From Chiloscyllium plagiosum (taxonomy: Eukaryota): a DNA stretch of 64,000 bases. The notes under the pieces were generated by a model. The model did no database searches, was not told the origin of the DNA, and was given only the letters and a program-made list of their open reading frames with translations. Made by a program: the position numbers and the translations under genes. Every line of letters starts with the position of its first letter. Within the stretch, counting starts at the first letter, position 1. The stretch spans positions 102,588,572 through 102,652,571 of the forward strand of contig NC_057717.1 in assembly GCF_004010195.1 (NCBI RefSeq). The letters are read 5' to 3'. This document shows positions 25,141-37,505 of this stretch, piece after piece.

Positions 25141-25644
25141 ATCTAAGTTATGTGCTCCAGTTCCTCTTGCGAAGTTGCTTCAATGGATAGAAGATGCGCA
25201 ATACTGGATATTTCTGGAATACAATTACAAAGCGGGCAGGAGTGTTACGTTAATGTTGGGAAGGGCTGTGAACAGGAGTAGAACCGGTGGGGAAGTGAGG
25301 GAACCGGTGCCAGGGAAGGATTATCTCAACTGCTGCATTTACAGTATCATAGACACAGGAAACCTGTTTGAAGTTTGGCTCCCTTTTCAGACATAGAGAG
25401 CTGGCCTGGGGTCTGACTTATCACAAAACTCTGATGGCAGCTTGTTTTCACTTTGCAAACAACGGTGACACACAAAACCTTTCCCTTTCAACTTGCTACT
25501 GCCCCACTTTTATCCCATGCACAGTTTTACAAAAAAAACGGAAAGTAACCAGGATGTTATTTTTAACCCATTCGTGACTTCAAGCATCATTGGCAAAGTC
25601 AGTGACCCATTCAGAGCTGTGTTAGAGAAAGTGGTGGTGAGCTG

Positions 25645-26300
25645 TAGAGATGTACAGCACGGAAACAGACCCTTCGGTCCAACTCGTCCATGCTGAACAG
25701 ATATCCTAAGTTAGTCTCATCCCATTTGCCAGCACTTGGCCCATATTCCTCTGACCCCTTTGAAATGCTATGGACACCTTTGAAATGCTATAATTGTGCT
25801 GCCTTCAACACCTCTTCCATAGACATTTTGAATCTTGCCCGTCGCGTTAGAATAGAATCCCTACAGTGTAGAAGCAGGCCATTCAGCCCATTGGTTCCAC
25901 ACTGACCATCCTGTCCCTGTAACTCTGCATTTCCCATGGCTAACTCACCCAGCCTGCACATTCCTGGATGCAACAGGACATCGTAACATGGCCAATCCAC
26001 TTGAACCTGTATGTCTTTGAACTGTGGGAGGAAACTGAAGGAAACCCATGCAGACACAGGGAGAATTTGCAAACTCCACACAGGCAATCGCCCAAGGATA
26101 GAATTGAACTCAGAACCCTGGTGCAGTGAGGCAGCAGTGCGAACCACGGAGTCTCCATACCTCCCACCTTGAACCTATACCCTATAGTTCTGGACTCCCC
26201 CACTCCAGGGGGAAAAGACCTTGTTTATTCACCCTATCCATGCCCTTTATGATTTCATAAGCCTCTATAATGTCACCCCTCAACCGCCAACACTCCCGGA
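25645..26300 (-). mobile_element. CR1 3' fragment with a nested HE1-like SINE (about 25850-26150)
   Basis: HER1-like tail and UTR on the left, SRTIGYRFKV on the right, SINE in between. Confidence 0.75.
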
Positions 26301-27102
26301 AAAAAAGTCTTGTATGTTTTTCAATCAGTTTATTACCTTTAACATGGTTATCTGTGGTTGGTTTAGACCTTTCCTAGAATCCTTCTGCCTTACGGAGACA
26401 TACTGTCTTGAGCATAACTAGGTGTGCCTTACTAGACTATAAGACCAAATCAGCATCAATTGTACACAGACCAGGCTGGTTAAGGTTGACTGATTTCCAT
26501 TGTTCAAGGACATGAGTGAACCCGATCAGTTTTTTTAGAGTAATCTTGGTAGTTTCATTGTCACTGATGATTAATTTCAACTTAAAACTGAATTGAAATT
26601 CCTTTGTTGTCATTTGAACCCATGTACCTCAGTATTAATCAATCGAACCACTTTGTGACCATCTCGCATTTATAATCACTATTTTCGTCGCAAGTGAGGA
26701 ATACAATGCCTTGGACCGTGCGGATCAATAGTCTCATTGTGTTTGATGTATAAGCTGAAGAATGGCTGAATTGATGGAGGATGACGAGAATCAGTCACTC
26801 CCGACAATAAAGGAAGTGTAGGAATTGCAGGCATGATGGAGGTAGAGATTGAGAAGGAGTGACTCGGTCTGAATTTAGCACAGAGACCAGTTGGGCAATG
26901 GGTGAGAATGGTTTTCGCTGTTAGATACCAAATGATGGCTCTCACAAATTGGATGGCACCCTTTACATAAAGCCAATATTTCACCAAAGTTAGTGCCCAA
27001 ATAGAACCCACTTCTTTCCAAGGCTCTGTAGCAATTAGCAGCTTGGATCCTCCTAGTTCAGGGGGGCCCTGGTTCTCAATACAATCCCTCAATCCACATA
27101 AG

Positions 27103-27630
27103 ACTATAAGATATAGGAACAGAAATAGGCCATTCGGCCCATTGAGTCTTCTCTGCCATTCGATCATGGCTGATATGTTTCTCAATCCCACTCTCCTGTC
27201 TTCTCCCTGTAACCCTTGATCCCCTTATCAATCAAGAACCAGTCTATCTCTTGTCTTAAATACACTCGATGACTTGGCCTCCACAGCCCTCTGCGGCAAT
27301 GAATTGCCCGGATTCCCCGACCACTGGCTGAAGAAATTCCTCCTCATCTCAGTTCTAAAGGGTTCATCCTTCACTCTGAGGCTGTGACCTTGGGTCAAAG
27401 TCTCTCCTACTAGTGGGAACATCTTCTCCACATTTACTTTCTCCAGGCCTGTCAGTATTTGTAAACTTCAATGAGATTCCCCCTTAACCTTCAAAACTCA
27501 ATCAGGTACAGACCCAGAGTCCTCAAATGCTCCACATACCATGAGCCCTTCATCCGCAGGACCATTCTTATAAACCTTCTCTGACCCACTCCAAGGTCAA
27601 CACATCCTTTCTTAGATACAAGGCCCACAC
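27103..27630 (-). mobile_element. CR1 LINE 3' fragment (different subfamily)
   Basis: EKMFPLVGETLTQGHSLRVK..FRTEMRRNFFSQ...NSLPQRAVEA. Confidence 0.85.
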
Positions 27631-28559
27631 CGCTCAACTATAAAGGTAGCTCATAATGAGGACACTAGCTAGTATATGCTTTACTGTGGTTCCTGGTTTG
27701 GTATAAAGTCTCAATTAGTGTTTGGGGAAATTCCTGGGAAGTTGCTTTCTTTTCCCCTCTATTGCTAATTGCCCGGATACATTTACTTTTCCAGGGTAGA
27801 CTGGCTTGAATATGAGCTGACTTGAAGATAGTTATTTGCAGTTTTGAGGGAGTACTCCATTGTCGGAGAGAGCATATGTCAGATGAGGTGTTAATCTCAG
27901 ATTCTGTCTGGCAGACTCGGGGAATCCTGTGAAGCAATCTTGAAGAAAGGCCGTGGAGCCCTCTCTGTTAATCTGGTCAATATTTATCCCTCAAGTGACA
28001 CCTTTACAACAACAACTGATTTTGCTGTCCTTTGCAAGAATTCTCTGCAAGTTGACGCTGAATTTTCCTGCATTACTCTGATTGCACTTCAGAAAGTCTT
28101 GTTGGAAAGATATAGTTTTCAGCACATTGATGTAGTACCCAGGAAGGGGAATGGACATCCAGCGAAGAGGGAGAAACACAGTCAGTCTAAAACACAAGGT
28201 GACCAAATTAAACCGATCAGGTTCACTGACACAGTTTAAGCTGGGGAAAATGAAAATGAAATCAGTTATTTGATCTTTCTTCATAGGACATGGCTGTTGC
28301 TCATTCCTAATTTCCCTGACTAGGGCTATTTCATAGGCATTTGCAACATTGGTGTGGATCTGGAGTCACATGTCAGCTAAAAAGACAGACTTCCAGGTGC
28401 GTTTTCACAACAACTAGTGATGGCCTTAACAGTCACTACCGTCCATAGTGGTTAATTGCCAGCTTTAATTTACTGATTGAACTTAGACTTCAGTAGTTGA
28501 TGGGTTGGGATTTGTGCCCGCATTGCTAGTTAAGCCTCTGGAGTGGGAGTCCAGTAATT

Positions 28560-28850
28560 TAGATTAGATTCCGTACAGTGTGGAAACAGGCCCTTTGGCC
28601 CAACCAGTCCACACTGAACCTCCAAAGAGTAACCCACCCAGACCCATTTCCCTCTGACTAATGTACCTAACACTATGAGTAACTTAACATGGCCAATTCA
28701 CCTGACCTGCACATCTTTGGATTGTGGGAGGAAACCGGAGCATCCGGAGGAAACCTACACAGAGAATGTGCAAACTCCACGCAGGCAGTTGACTTAGGCT
28801 GGAATCGAACCTGGGACCCTGGCACTGTGAGACCATTACCACTAAGCCAA
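28560..28850 (-). mobile_element. HE1-like SINE
   Basis: Antisense copy with ttagattagatt tail. Confidence 0.85.
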
Positions 28851-29749
28851 CATCATATCCAGGTTTGAAAGCAAGGAAAGCAAGGTTAAGTGCCACACGT
28901 TAAGTGCCGAGGAATTATATGACTAGCTTAATTGTGAAGATTTTCTCCAGTGATAACTTCAGGAAGAGCCTTATAGCCAGTGAACTGCTTTTGGATTGCC
29001 ATGTTTTGGTGCATGAATTACAACAATGTAGGCACAATAAGAGACCACAAACAGCAGTGTGATAACATGCTAATAATTTGTCTATGAGTGAATATTGGCT
29101 CTGGACATTGGACTGAGCTCCCCGAATCATTGTCAAACCTGCTCCACAGGAGCAAGTTCAGAGGGATTCCCTCAGTTTATCATCAAAAGACTCAGCCCTA
29201 CATTGTAGGCCCGGGCCTGGGAGTGGTGAGACTGTTATACACTGAACACAGCAGTCATCAAGGAAAAACTTATTTCCTAGCAGTGAGCACATGGTTGACG
29301 AGCACTTGGAAGCCTGCATTTAAGCAGATGTGCAGAAAACCAGACAAGAGAAAATAAGTTGAAGAAGCAGGAGAGAGATCTGAAACGGCTCTGGCAAAAG
29401 ATGATGGATGTGCATCTTTGCATGCTAAGGTCACGACCATGGCGTTTTTTTTGTTTTGGGGAAAGAACAGGGCGAAACGCTGGTGGAAAACATTCTTTAG
29501 CCTGAGGGAATCCGCTGAATCGAAGATTACACGAGAGGTCAGAGGGGTCAGGTTTGGAGACACTTGATCAACAGATGGAATGTGACTGTCTGCGCACTGT
29601 CACTGCAAGCTGATTGTAGACTCCTGCGAGTGGGGATTGTGGGCGCCTCTGAAAACTGAGTTAATTCATAAACAAGATAAAGATCGCTCTGATGCATTAG
29701 GCACGCTCAGTGTCCAACAACCCTTGCCCAGTCTGAGGTAGAACTGCGT

Positions 29750-30320
29750 TATCATGCAGAACAGTACAGGCCCTTCAGCCCTCGATGTTGTGCCAACCTT
29801 TTATCCTACTCTAAGATCAGACTAACCTACATACCCTTCATTTTACTGTCATCCATGTGCCTATCCAGGAGTTGCTTAAGTGTCCCTAATGTCTCTGACT
29901 CTACTCCCACTGCTGGCAATGCATTCCACACACCCACCACTCTGTGTGTAAAGAACCTACCTCTGACATCTCCCTTATACCTTCCTCCAATCACCTTAAA
30001 ATTATGTCCCCTCATGATAGCCATTTCTGCCCTGGGATAAAGTCTCTGGCTATCTACTCTATCTATGCCTCACATCATCTTGTACACCTCTACCAAGTCA
30101 TCTCCCATCCTTCTTCGCTCCAATGAGAAAAGCCCAAGCTCCCTCAACCATTCTTCATAAGTCATGTCCTCCAGTCCAGGCAGCATCCTGGGAAATCTCC
30201 TTCACACCCTCGCTAAAGCTTCCACATCCTTCCTATAATGCGGTGACCAGAGCTGAATACAATATTCCAAGTGCGGTCTAACCGGGGCTTTGTAGAGCTG
30301 CAGCATATCCTCGCAGCTCA
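29750..30320 (-). mobile_element. CR1 LINE 3' fragment
   Basis: RGHNFKVIGGRYKGDVRGRFFTHRVVGVWNALP. Confidence 0.9.
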
Positions 30321-30616
30321 TAAAATCTTGTTGTGGTCTACGGTTGTCTCTGTCCACATTACCTCAGCTTCAATTTCCCTGTTTGTTGGGTGTTTGTTTT
30401 GGAATTGTTACACTTTTAGGAACGATCCAACTTTGCTCCACAATCACAGCCTGGGTACAGAGTGAGGAAATCCAGATCTTGGTGCTTACAGCCTGAAGGC
30501 AGACTTCTTGTGTCTGTTGATTTTGAGCTCTGATAGGTCTTTCCCACAGGGTAAGGTCAAGGGAGCAAATGGGTGCTCGATGTTGAAATGTGGAAAGAGC
30601 CAGCAGGAGTTTAGAT

Positions 30617-30917
30617 TGTTTAGGCCACTGTTGGAATATTGTGTGCAATTCTGGTCTCATTCCTATCGGAAAGATGTTGTGAAACTTGAAAGGGTTCAGA
30701 AAAGACTTACAAGGATGTTGCCAGGGTTGGAGGATTTGAGCTACAGGGAGAGGCTGAACAGGCTGGGGCTGGTTTCCCTGGAGCGTTGAAGGCTGAAGGG
30801 TGACCTTATTGAGGTTTACAAAATTATGAGGGGCATGGATAGGGTAAATAGACAAAGTCTTTTCCCTGGGGTCAGGGAGTCCAGAATTAGAGGACATAGG
30901 TTTAGGGTGAGAGGGGA
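30617..30917 (+). mobile_element. CR1/HER1 LINE fragment running into a gap
   Basis: RPLLEYCVQFWSHSYRKDVVKLERVQKRLTRMLPG. Confidence 0.9.
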
Positions 30918-31279
30918 NNNNNNNNNNNNNNNNNNNNNNNNNNNNNNNNNNNNNNNNNNNNNNNNNNNNNNNNNNNNNNNNNNNNNNNNNNNNNNNNNNN
31001 NNNNNNNNNNNNNNNNNNNNNNNNNNNNNNNNNNNNNNNNNNNNNNNNNNNNNNNNNNNNNNNNNNNNNNNNNNNNNNNNNNNNNNNNNNNNNNNNNNNN
31101 NNNNNNNNNNNNNNNNNNNNNNNNNNNNNNNNNNNNNNNNNNNNNNNNNNNNNNNNNNNNNNNNNNNNNNNNNNNNNNNNNNNNNNNNNNNNNNNNNNNN
31201 NNNNNNNNNNNNNNNNNNNNNNNNNNNNNNNNNNNNNNNNNNNNNNNNNNNNNNNNNNNNNNNNNNNNNNNNNNNNNNN

Positions 31280-31551
31280 GTCCACACTGACCCGCCGAAG
31301 CGTATACCACCCAGACCCATACTCCTACGTTTACCCCTTCACCTAACACTACAGGCAATTTAGCATGGCCAATTCACCTAACATGCACATTTTTGGATTG
31401 TGGGAGGAAACCGGAGCACCCAGAGGAAACCCACGCAGACACGGGGGGAATGTGCAAACTCCACACAGTCAGTCGCCTGAGGTAGGAATTGATCTCGGGT
31501 CTCTGACGCTGTGAGGCAGCAGTGCTAACCACTGTGCTACTGTGCCGCCCA
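31280..31551 (-). mobile_element. HE1-like SINE
   Basis: Antisense copy; tail lost in the gap. Confidence 0.88.
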
Positions 31552-31799
31552 CAAGTGGAAATAGTTTATCAACCCTGTCTATTCCTGTTAATATCTTGAA
31601 GACTTTGATCAGATAAAATGCCTTGGATTGAATTACTGCTCCCAATCCTTTTTGGTAATCTAATCTGGAGTAAGAGGCCCATATGATGTCTTCAGTTCAA
31701 GATAGACTCATTCCTTTTAAATAGAGTAAGTTTATTACATAGTACTTAGTGGCTAGTAACAATGTATCACTGTTACACCGATGTGAGACTGAAGAGGAG

Positions 31800-32098
31800 T
31801 AGCACGGTGGCTCAGTGGTTAGCACTGCTGCCTCACGGCGCCAGGGACTCAGGGTCGATTCCAGCCTCGGGCGACTTTCTGTGTGGAGTTTGCACATTCT
31901 CCCCATGTCTGCGTGGGTTTCCTCCCACAATCCAAAGATGTGCAAGTCAGGTGAATTAGCCGAGCTAAATTGCCCACAGTGTTAGGTGCATTAGTGAGAG
32001 GGAAATGGGTCTGGGTGGGTTACTGTTCGGAGGGTCGGTGTGGACTTGTTGGGCCAAAGAATCTGTTTCCACACAGTAGGGATTCTAATCAAATCTAA
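31800..32098 (+). mobile_element. HE1-like SINE
   Basis: Full sense copy. Confidence 0.88.
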
Positions 32099-32507
32099 TT
32101 ACACCTTAGTGTAGAATGACTGCTTGGACAATACATAAATTTTGACTAGCTCCTTCCAAGATTGCTTCTGTATATCCTCATCCCTGGGCCAGGCCATCCT
32201 TTCTGGTACTCCAATGTTGTCAGTCCAGTTCGTTCAATTGTAAATGACTGTAGCTGATGTCTTTTTGTTTCTGTTCTCTACCCTTTCACTCTGATTGAAA
32301 ATCTGGAAAGGAATGTCAGTGAAGTTGTGAAGGTATCATTGAGGTTGTTGTGATTGACAGTGGGGATAATGACAGGAGCCCATTGTGCACAGGCTGTATG
32401 AATATGCATTTCACTTAGTGTTGTTCTCTCACCTTCTCTCTATAACCCTGCACTACACGTTCCTCCAGCTCAGGTGATTGTTTCCTGTGTGAAAGTCTCA
32501 ATTGAAG

Positions 32508-34125
32508 CAGCTCCAGCACACTCTCAGGCAGTGCATTCCAGAACCTAACTACTCCAGAAAACTCTCAGGCAGTGCATTCCAGAACCTAACCAGCTCTAGG
32601 ACACACTCAGGCAGAGCATTTCAGAGCCTAGCCAGCTCCAGAACACTCTCAGGCAGCGCATTCCAGAACCTAACTACTCCAGAACACTCTCAGGCAGTGC
32701 ATTCCAGAACCTAACTATTCCAGAACACTCTCAGGCAGCGCATTCCAGAGCCTAACCCACTCTAGGACACACTCAGGCAGAGCATTCCAGAGCCTAGCCA
32801 GTTCCAGAACACTCTCAGGCAGCGCATTCTAGAACCTAACTACTCCAGAACACTCTCAGGCAGCGCATTCCAGAGCCTAGCCAGCTCCAGAACACTCTCA
32901 GGCAGCGCATTCCAGAACCTAACTACTCCAGAACACTCTCAGGCAGCGCATTCCAGAACCTAACTACTCCAGAACACTCTCAGGCAGTGCATTCCAGAAC
33001 CTAACTATTCCAGAACACTCTCAGGCAGCGCATTCCAGAGCCTAACCAGCTCTAGGACACACTCAGGCAGAGCATTCCAGAGCTTGGCTAGCTCCAGAAC
33101 ACTCTCAGGCAGCGCATTCCAGAACCTAACTACTCCAGAACACTCTCAGGCAGTGCATTCCAGAGCCTAACCAGCTCTAGAACACACTCAGGCAGCGCAT
33201 TCCAGAGCCTAGCCAGCTCCAGAACACTCTCAGGCAGTGCATTCCAGAACCTAACTACTCCAGAACACTCTCAGGCAGCGCATTCCAGAACCTAACTACT
33301 CCAGAAATAAAAACTCAGGCAGCACATTCCAGAGCCTAACCCACTCTAGGACACACTCAGGCAGAGCATTCCAGAGCCTAGCCAGCTCCAGAACACTCTC
33401 AGGAAGTGCATTCCAGAACCTAACTATTCCAGAACACTCTCAGGCAGTGCATTCCAGAGTCTAACCAGCTCTAGAACACACTCAGGCAGAGTATTCCAGA
33501 GCCTAGCCAGCTCCAGAACACTCTCAGGCAGTGCATTCCAGAACCTAACTAGCTGCAGAACACTCTCAGGCAGCGCATTCCAGAGCCTAACCAGCTCTAG
33601 GACAAACTCAAGCAGAGCATTCCAGAGCCTAGCCAGCTCCAGAACACTCTCAGGCAGAGCATTCCAGAACCTAACTACTCCAGAACACTCTCAGGCAGTG
33701 CATTCCAGAACCTAACTACTCTAGAACACTCTCAGGCAATGCATTCCAGAACCTAACTACTCCAGAACACTCTCAGGCAGCGCATTCCAGAACCTAACTA
33801 CTCCAGAAATAAAAACTCAGGCAGCGCATTCCAGAGCCTAACCCACTCTAGGACACACTCAGGCAGAGCATTCCAGAGCCTAACCAGCTCTAGAACACTC
33901 TCAGGCAGTGCATTCCAGAACCTAGCCAGCTCCAGAACACTCTCGGGCAGTGCATTCCAGAGCCTAACCAGCTCTAGAACACACTCAGGCGGAGCATTCC
34001 AGAGCCTAACCAGCTCTAGAACACACTCAGGCAGAGCATTCCAGAACATAACCAGCTCCAGAACACTCTCAGGCAGAGCATTCCAGAACCTAACCAGCTC
34101 CAGAACACTCTCAGGCAGTGCATTT
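32508..34125. repeat. Minisatellite, 41/42-bp unit, roughly 39 copies
   Basis: Units ctccagaacactctcaggcagtgcattccagaacctaacta (41) and ctctaggacacactcaggcagagcattccagagcctagccag (42). Confidence 0.97.
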
Positions 34126-34492
34126 CCCCTGCAACCGCAAGAAATGCAAAACTTGCGCCCACACCTCCCCCCTCACTTCCCTCCAAGGCCCCAAGGGATC
34201 CTTCCATATCTGCCACAAATTCACCTGCACCTCCACACACATCATTTACTGCATCTGCTGCACCCGATGTGGCCTCCTCTATATTCCAGCCTATCACCCT
34301 CACCTTAACCTCCTTCCACCTATCGCATTTCCAACGCCCCTCCCCCAAGTCCCGCCTCCCTACCTTTTATCTTAGCCTGCTTGGAACACTTTCCTCATTC
34401 CTGAAGAAGGGCTCATGCCCGAAATGTCGATTCTCCTGCTCCTTGGATGCGGCCTGACCTGCTGCGTTTTTCCAGCACCACATTTTCAGCTT
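34123..34492 (+). mobile_element. Internally deleted Penelope-like fragment: Cys-rich linker, GIY-YIG start and pLTR
   Basis: FPCNRKKCKTC...FTCTSTHIIYCICCTRCGLLYI, then the UTR and CTGAAGA-AGGGC-TCAT-GCCC-GAAAT-GTC at 34401. Confidence 0.82.
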
Positions 34493-34892
34493 TGATTTGT
34501 TATTGTCACATGTACCGAGATACAGTGGAAAGTCTTGTTTTGCATGTTAACCAAACAAATCATACCTTACATGAATACCTCAGGGTAATAGAACAGAGTG
34601 CAGAATATACAGCTGCAGGGCGGGCGTAGAGAGATTAACTCTAATATATGAGAGGTCTGTTCACAAGCCTGATAACAGCAGGTAAACAGCTGTTCTTGAA
34701 TCTGTTGTTATATGTTTTCAAATGTTTGTATCTTCTGCCTTATGGAAGAGGGTACAGTCTCTGCCTACATATGTTTCCCAGACCCCTTGTGGTTTAATAA
34801 ACTTTATTGAAATCTCCTCTCCAGACCGTGGCGGTGGCATGGCGTGGTATGGCGTGGCGTGGATTTTGTCCATTGGCTATGATGTAAAGGTG

Positions 34893-35105
34893 CTAGTGTT
34901 GGACTGGAGTGGACAAATTCTGAAGTCCTATGACACCAGGTTATAGTCTGACAGGTTTATTTGAAATCACAGGCTACTGGAGCACTGCTCCTTCATCAAG
35001 TGAAGCGATTTGATTTCACCCGATGAAGAAGCAGCGCTTTGAAAGCTTGTGATTTCAAATAAACCTGTTGGGCTATAACCCAGTGTCATGTGACTTTAGA
35101 ATTTG
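34893..35105. mobile_element. Palindromic family-B Penelope-like mini-element with two decayed hammerhead motifs
   Basis: Arms ggttatagtctgacaggtttatttgaaatcaca / tgtgatttcaaataaacctgttgggctataacc; TCAC-CCGATGA...GAAAG-CTT-GTGA at 35016-35052. Confidence 0.72.
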
Positions 35106-35964
35106 TTTTGCAATGTATAATAACATTAAGCCATTATGGGAGGTACAGTCTGGTTAGAGAGATACATTGGACAGTTTCTGTCCTTATCGAGATAATCAAA
35201 CATGCTTAACTGTCGGTGTACTGCAGCGTGCAATATGAATACCAACTTGTCTTGTTCCCCACATTATTTAGGTGAGAATTTGTTCTGGAGACAGCACTTG
35301 GAAAAGTGTGATGTAAAACTGTATGATCAGACATATGGCTGAGATACTTACCGAGTGCTGTGTGAGAGCAACATGATGAGAACGTTAGTGTAATACACTG
35401 TGATATTGCCAACTGAGGAGATCCTGTCTCTGTGAGATCAACAGGGGTGACTGACTGTAACAGAGGACTGACTGGCTGTCTTAAATAAGCTTTTTTTCTT
35501 CAAAAATGTGTACGGGGATGTGAGTGTTGTTAGGGGGGGCCTGAATTTATTACCCAGAGGGCAGTTACAAGTCAACCACGTGCAGACCAGACCAGGGTAA
35601 GGCTGACAACTTTCCTTGTCCAAAAGCCATTCATGAACCAGATGAGTTTTGATGATAATTGGTAACAGTTACACATTCACCACTGGGCTAGCTCTCAATG
35701 CTAGAGATTGTATTGAATTCAGGTTTTGCCATCTGCCGTGGGGTGGGCTTTGAACCCAGGTCCTCAGAACATTGCCCTGGGGTTCTGAGTTGCTATTCCT
35801 GTGACATTACACTACAGCACCACACCTCTTCCCCCGTCACCCCAGGATTCTTGGGTCAGTGTACAATGTGCCTACTCCCAATTGTCTGAAGTTGGATTTG
35901 AGTTCCAAAAGCCAGGGAGAGTCTGGAAGAAATCTACTCAGGGAGATTCTACACATTAAATGCG

Positions 35965-36707
35965 GAACTCACAATTACAACTAGGGCCTTGGGTAGTATT
36001 GTAGAACAGAGGGACCTAGGGGTTCAGGTACATAATTCTTTGAAAGTTGCACCACAGGTAGGCAGGGTGGTAAAGAGGCATTTAGCAAGCTTGCCTTCAT
36101 TGCTCTGTCCCTTGAGTATAGGAGTTGGGACATCATGTTGAGGTTGTACAGGACATTGGTGAGGCCTCTTCTGGATTACTGTGACCAGTTCTGGTTGCCC
36201 TGTTGTAACATGGATATTATTAAACTAGGGAGGTTTCAGAAGCGATTTACCAGGAATTATGCCAGCGACAGAGGGTTTGAGTTATAAGGAGAGGTTGGAT
36301 AGGCTAGGACCTTTTTACCATTGGAATGTAGGAGGTTGAGATATGACCTTATAGAGGTTTATAAAATCATGAGGGGTATAGATGAGACGAATAGCAGGTG
36401 TCTTTTCCCTAGGATGGTGGATTTCAAGACTAGAGGGGGACATTTTTTTAAGGTGAGAGGAGAAAGATTTAAAAAAGGACATGAGGGACAACTTTTTTTT
36501 ACACAGATTTGTGATTTGTGTGTGGAAGGAAATGCCTGAGGAAGAGGTGGATGTGGGTACAGTTACATGTTTAAAAGCCATTTGGATAATTAGATGAATA
36601 GGAAAGGTTTAGAGGGATATGGGCCAGGAGCAGGCAGGTGGGATTAGTTTAGTTTGGGATTATGTTCGGTGTGGACCGAAGGTGTGCTGTATGACTCTAT
36701 GACTCTA
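35965..36707 (+). mobile_element. CR1 LINE 3' fragment
   Basis: RRLRYDLIEVYKIMRGID...FPRMVDFKTRG; tail atgactctatgactcta. Confidence 0.88.
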
Positions 36708-37186
36708 CGAGTTAGATTTCAAAGCCCATCCCCCCATTGCATGTGCAATCTCTGATATCCACCCCCCAATCCATTGGACGTGCGTGAGGTGTCTGTTTCT
36801 GGGGTGGAGCGAGTGCCCTGATCTCGTGACCTTTTGCTACTCTGGTTAAAACTGGGTCTCGGCGGGCAAGGCGTCGTATTCCCACGTCTCCAAGACAAGA
36901 TTGTAGCCTATTCTCTGAGGCAGCGCAGACTGGGACTCTGGCTTCATATCCAGGGAGACTAGAGGGTCTGGAGTGTGGGGTCCCTCTCCTAACCTGCGAG
37001 GGGGCTGGGGATTTTAGTCAGCTGGGAGGCTGTCAAGTTGGGATCCCACCGCTGTCCTGATAAATTCCCCACAGTGGGGCTGCTCCTCCCCCTTGCTGTT
37101 TATTGGGCTCCTCGGTGCACAGTTCACGATGTTGATGTGTTGCTGCTCATATGAGTCCAGCTCAGGTGGTGGGAGAGGGCGGGGTT

Positions 37187-37505
37187 CATAGAATCCCTGC
37201 AGTGCAGAAAGAGGCCATTCAGCCTGCTGGGTCCACACTGTTCCTCTGAACAGCATCCTAGCCCCCTACTCTATCTACATTTCCCCATGGCTAACCTACC
37301 TAGCCTGTACATCTCTGGACACTACAGTGCAACTTCCCTTGGCCTGTCCACCCTAATTTGCACATCTTTGGACTGTGGGAGGAAACCGGAGGAAAGCCAC
37401 GCAGACATGGGGAGAATGTGCAAACTCCACACAGACAGTCGCCTGAGGCTGGGATTGAACCCAGGTGCCCCACGGCTGCAAGGCAGCTGTGCTAACCACT
37501 GAGTC
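37187..37505 (-). mobile_element. HE1-like SINE
   Basis: Antisense copy. Confidence 0.82.

Noticed and set aside
32508..34125. CRISPR-like array or repeat-protein ORF (33798-34049)
   Set aside because: There are no unique spacers and no cas genes; it is a head-to-tail minisatellite. The ORF is only a run of 42-bp units.
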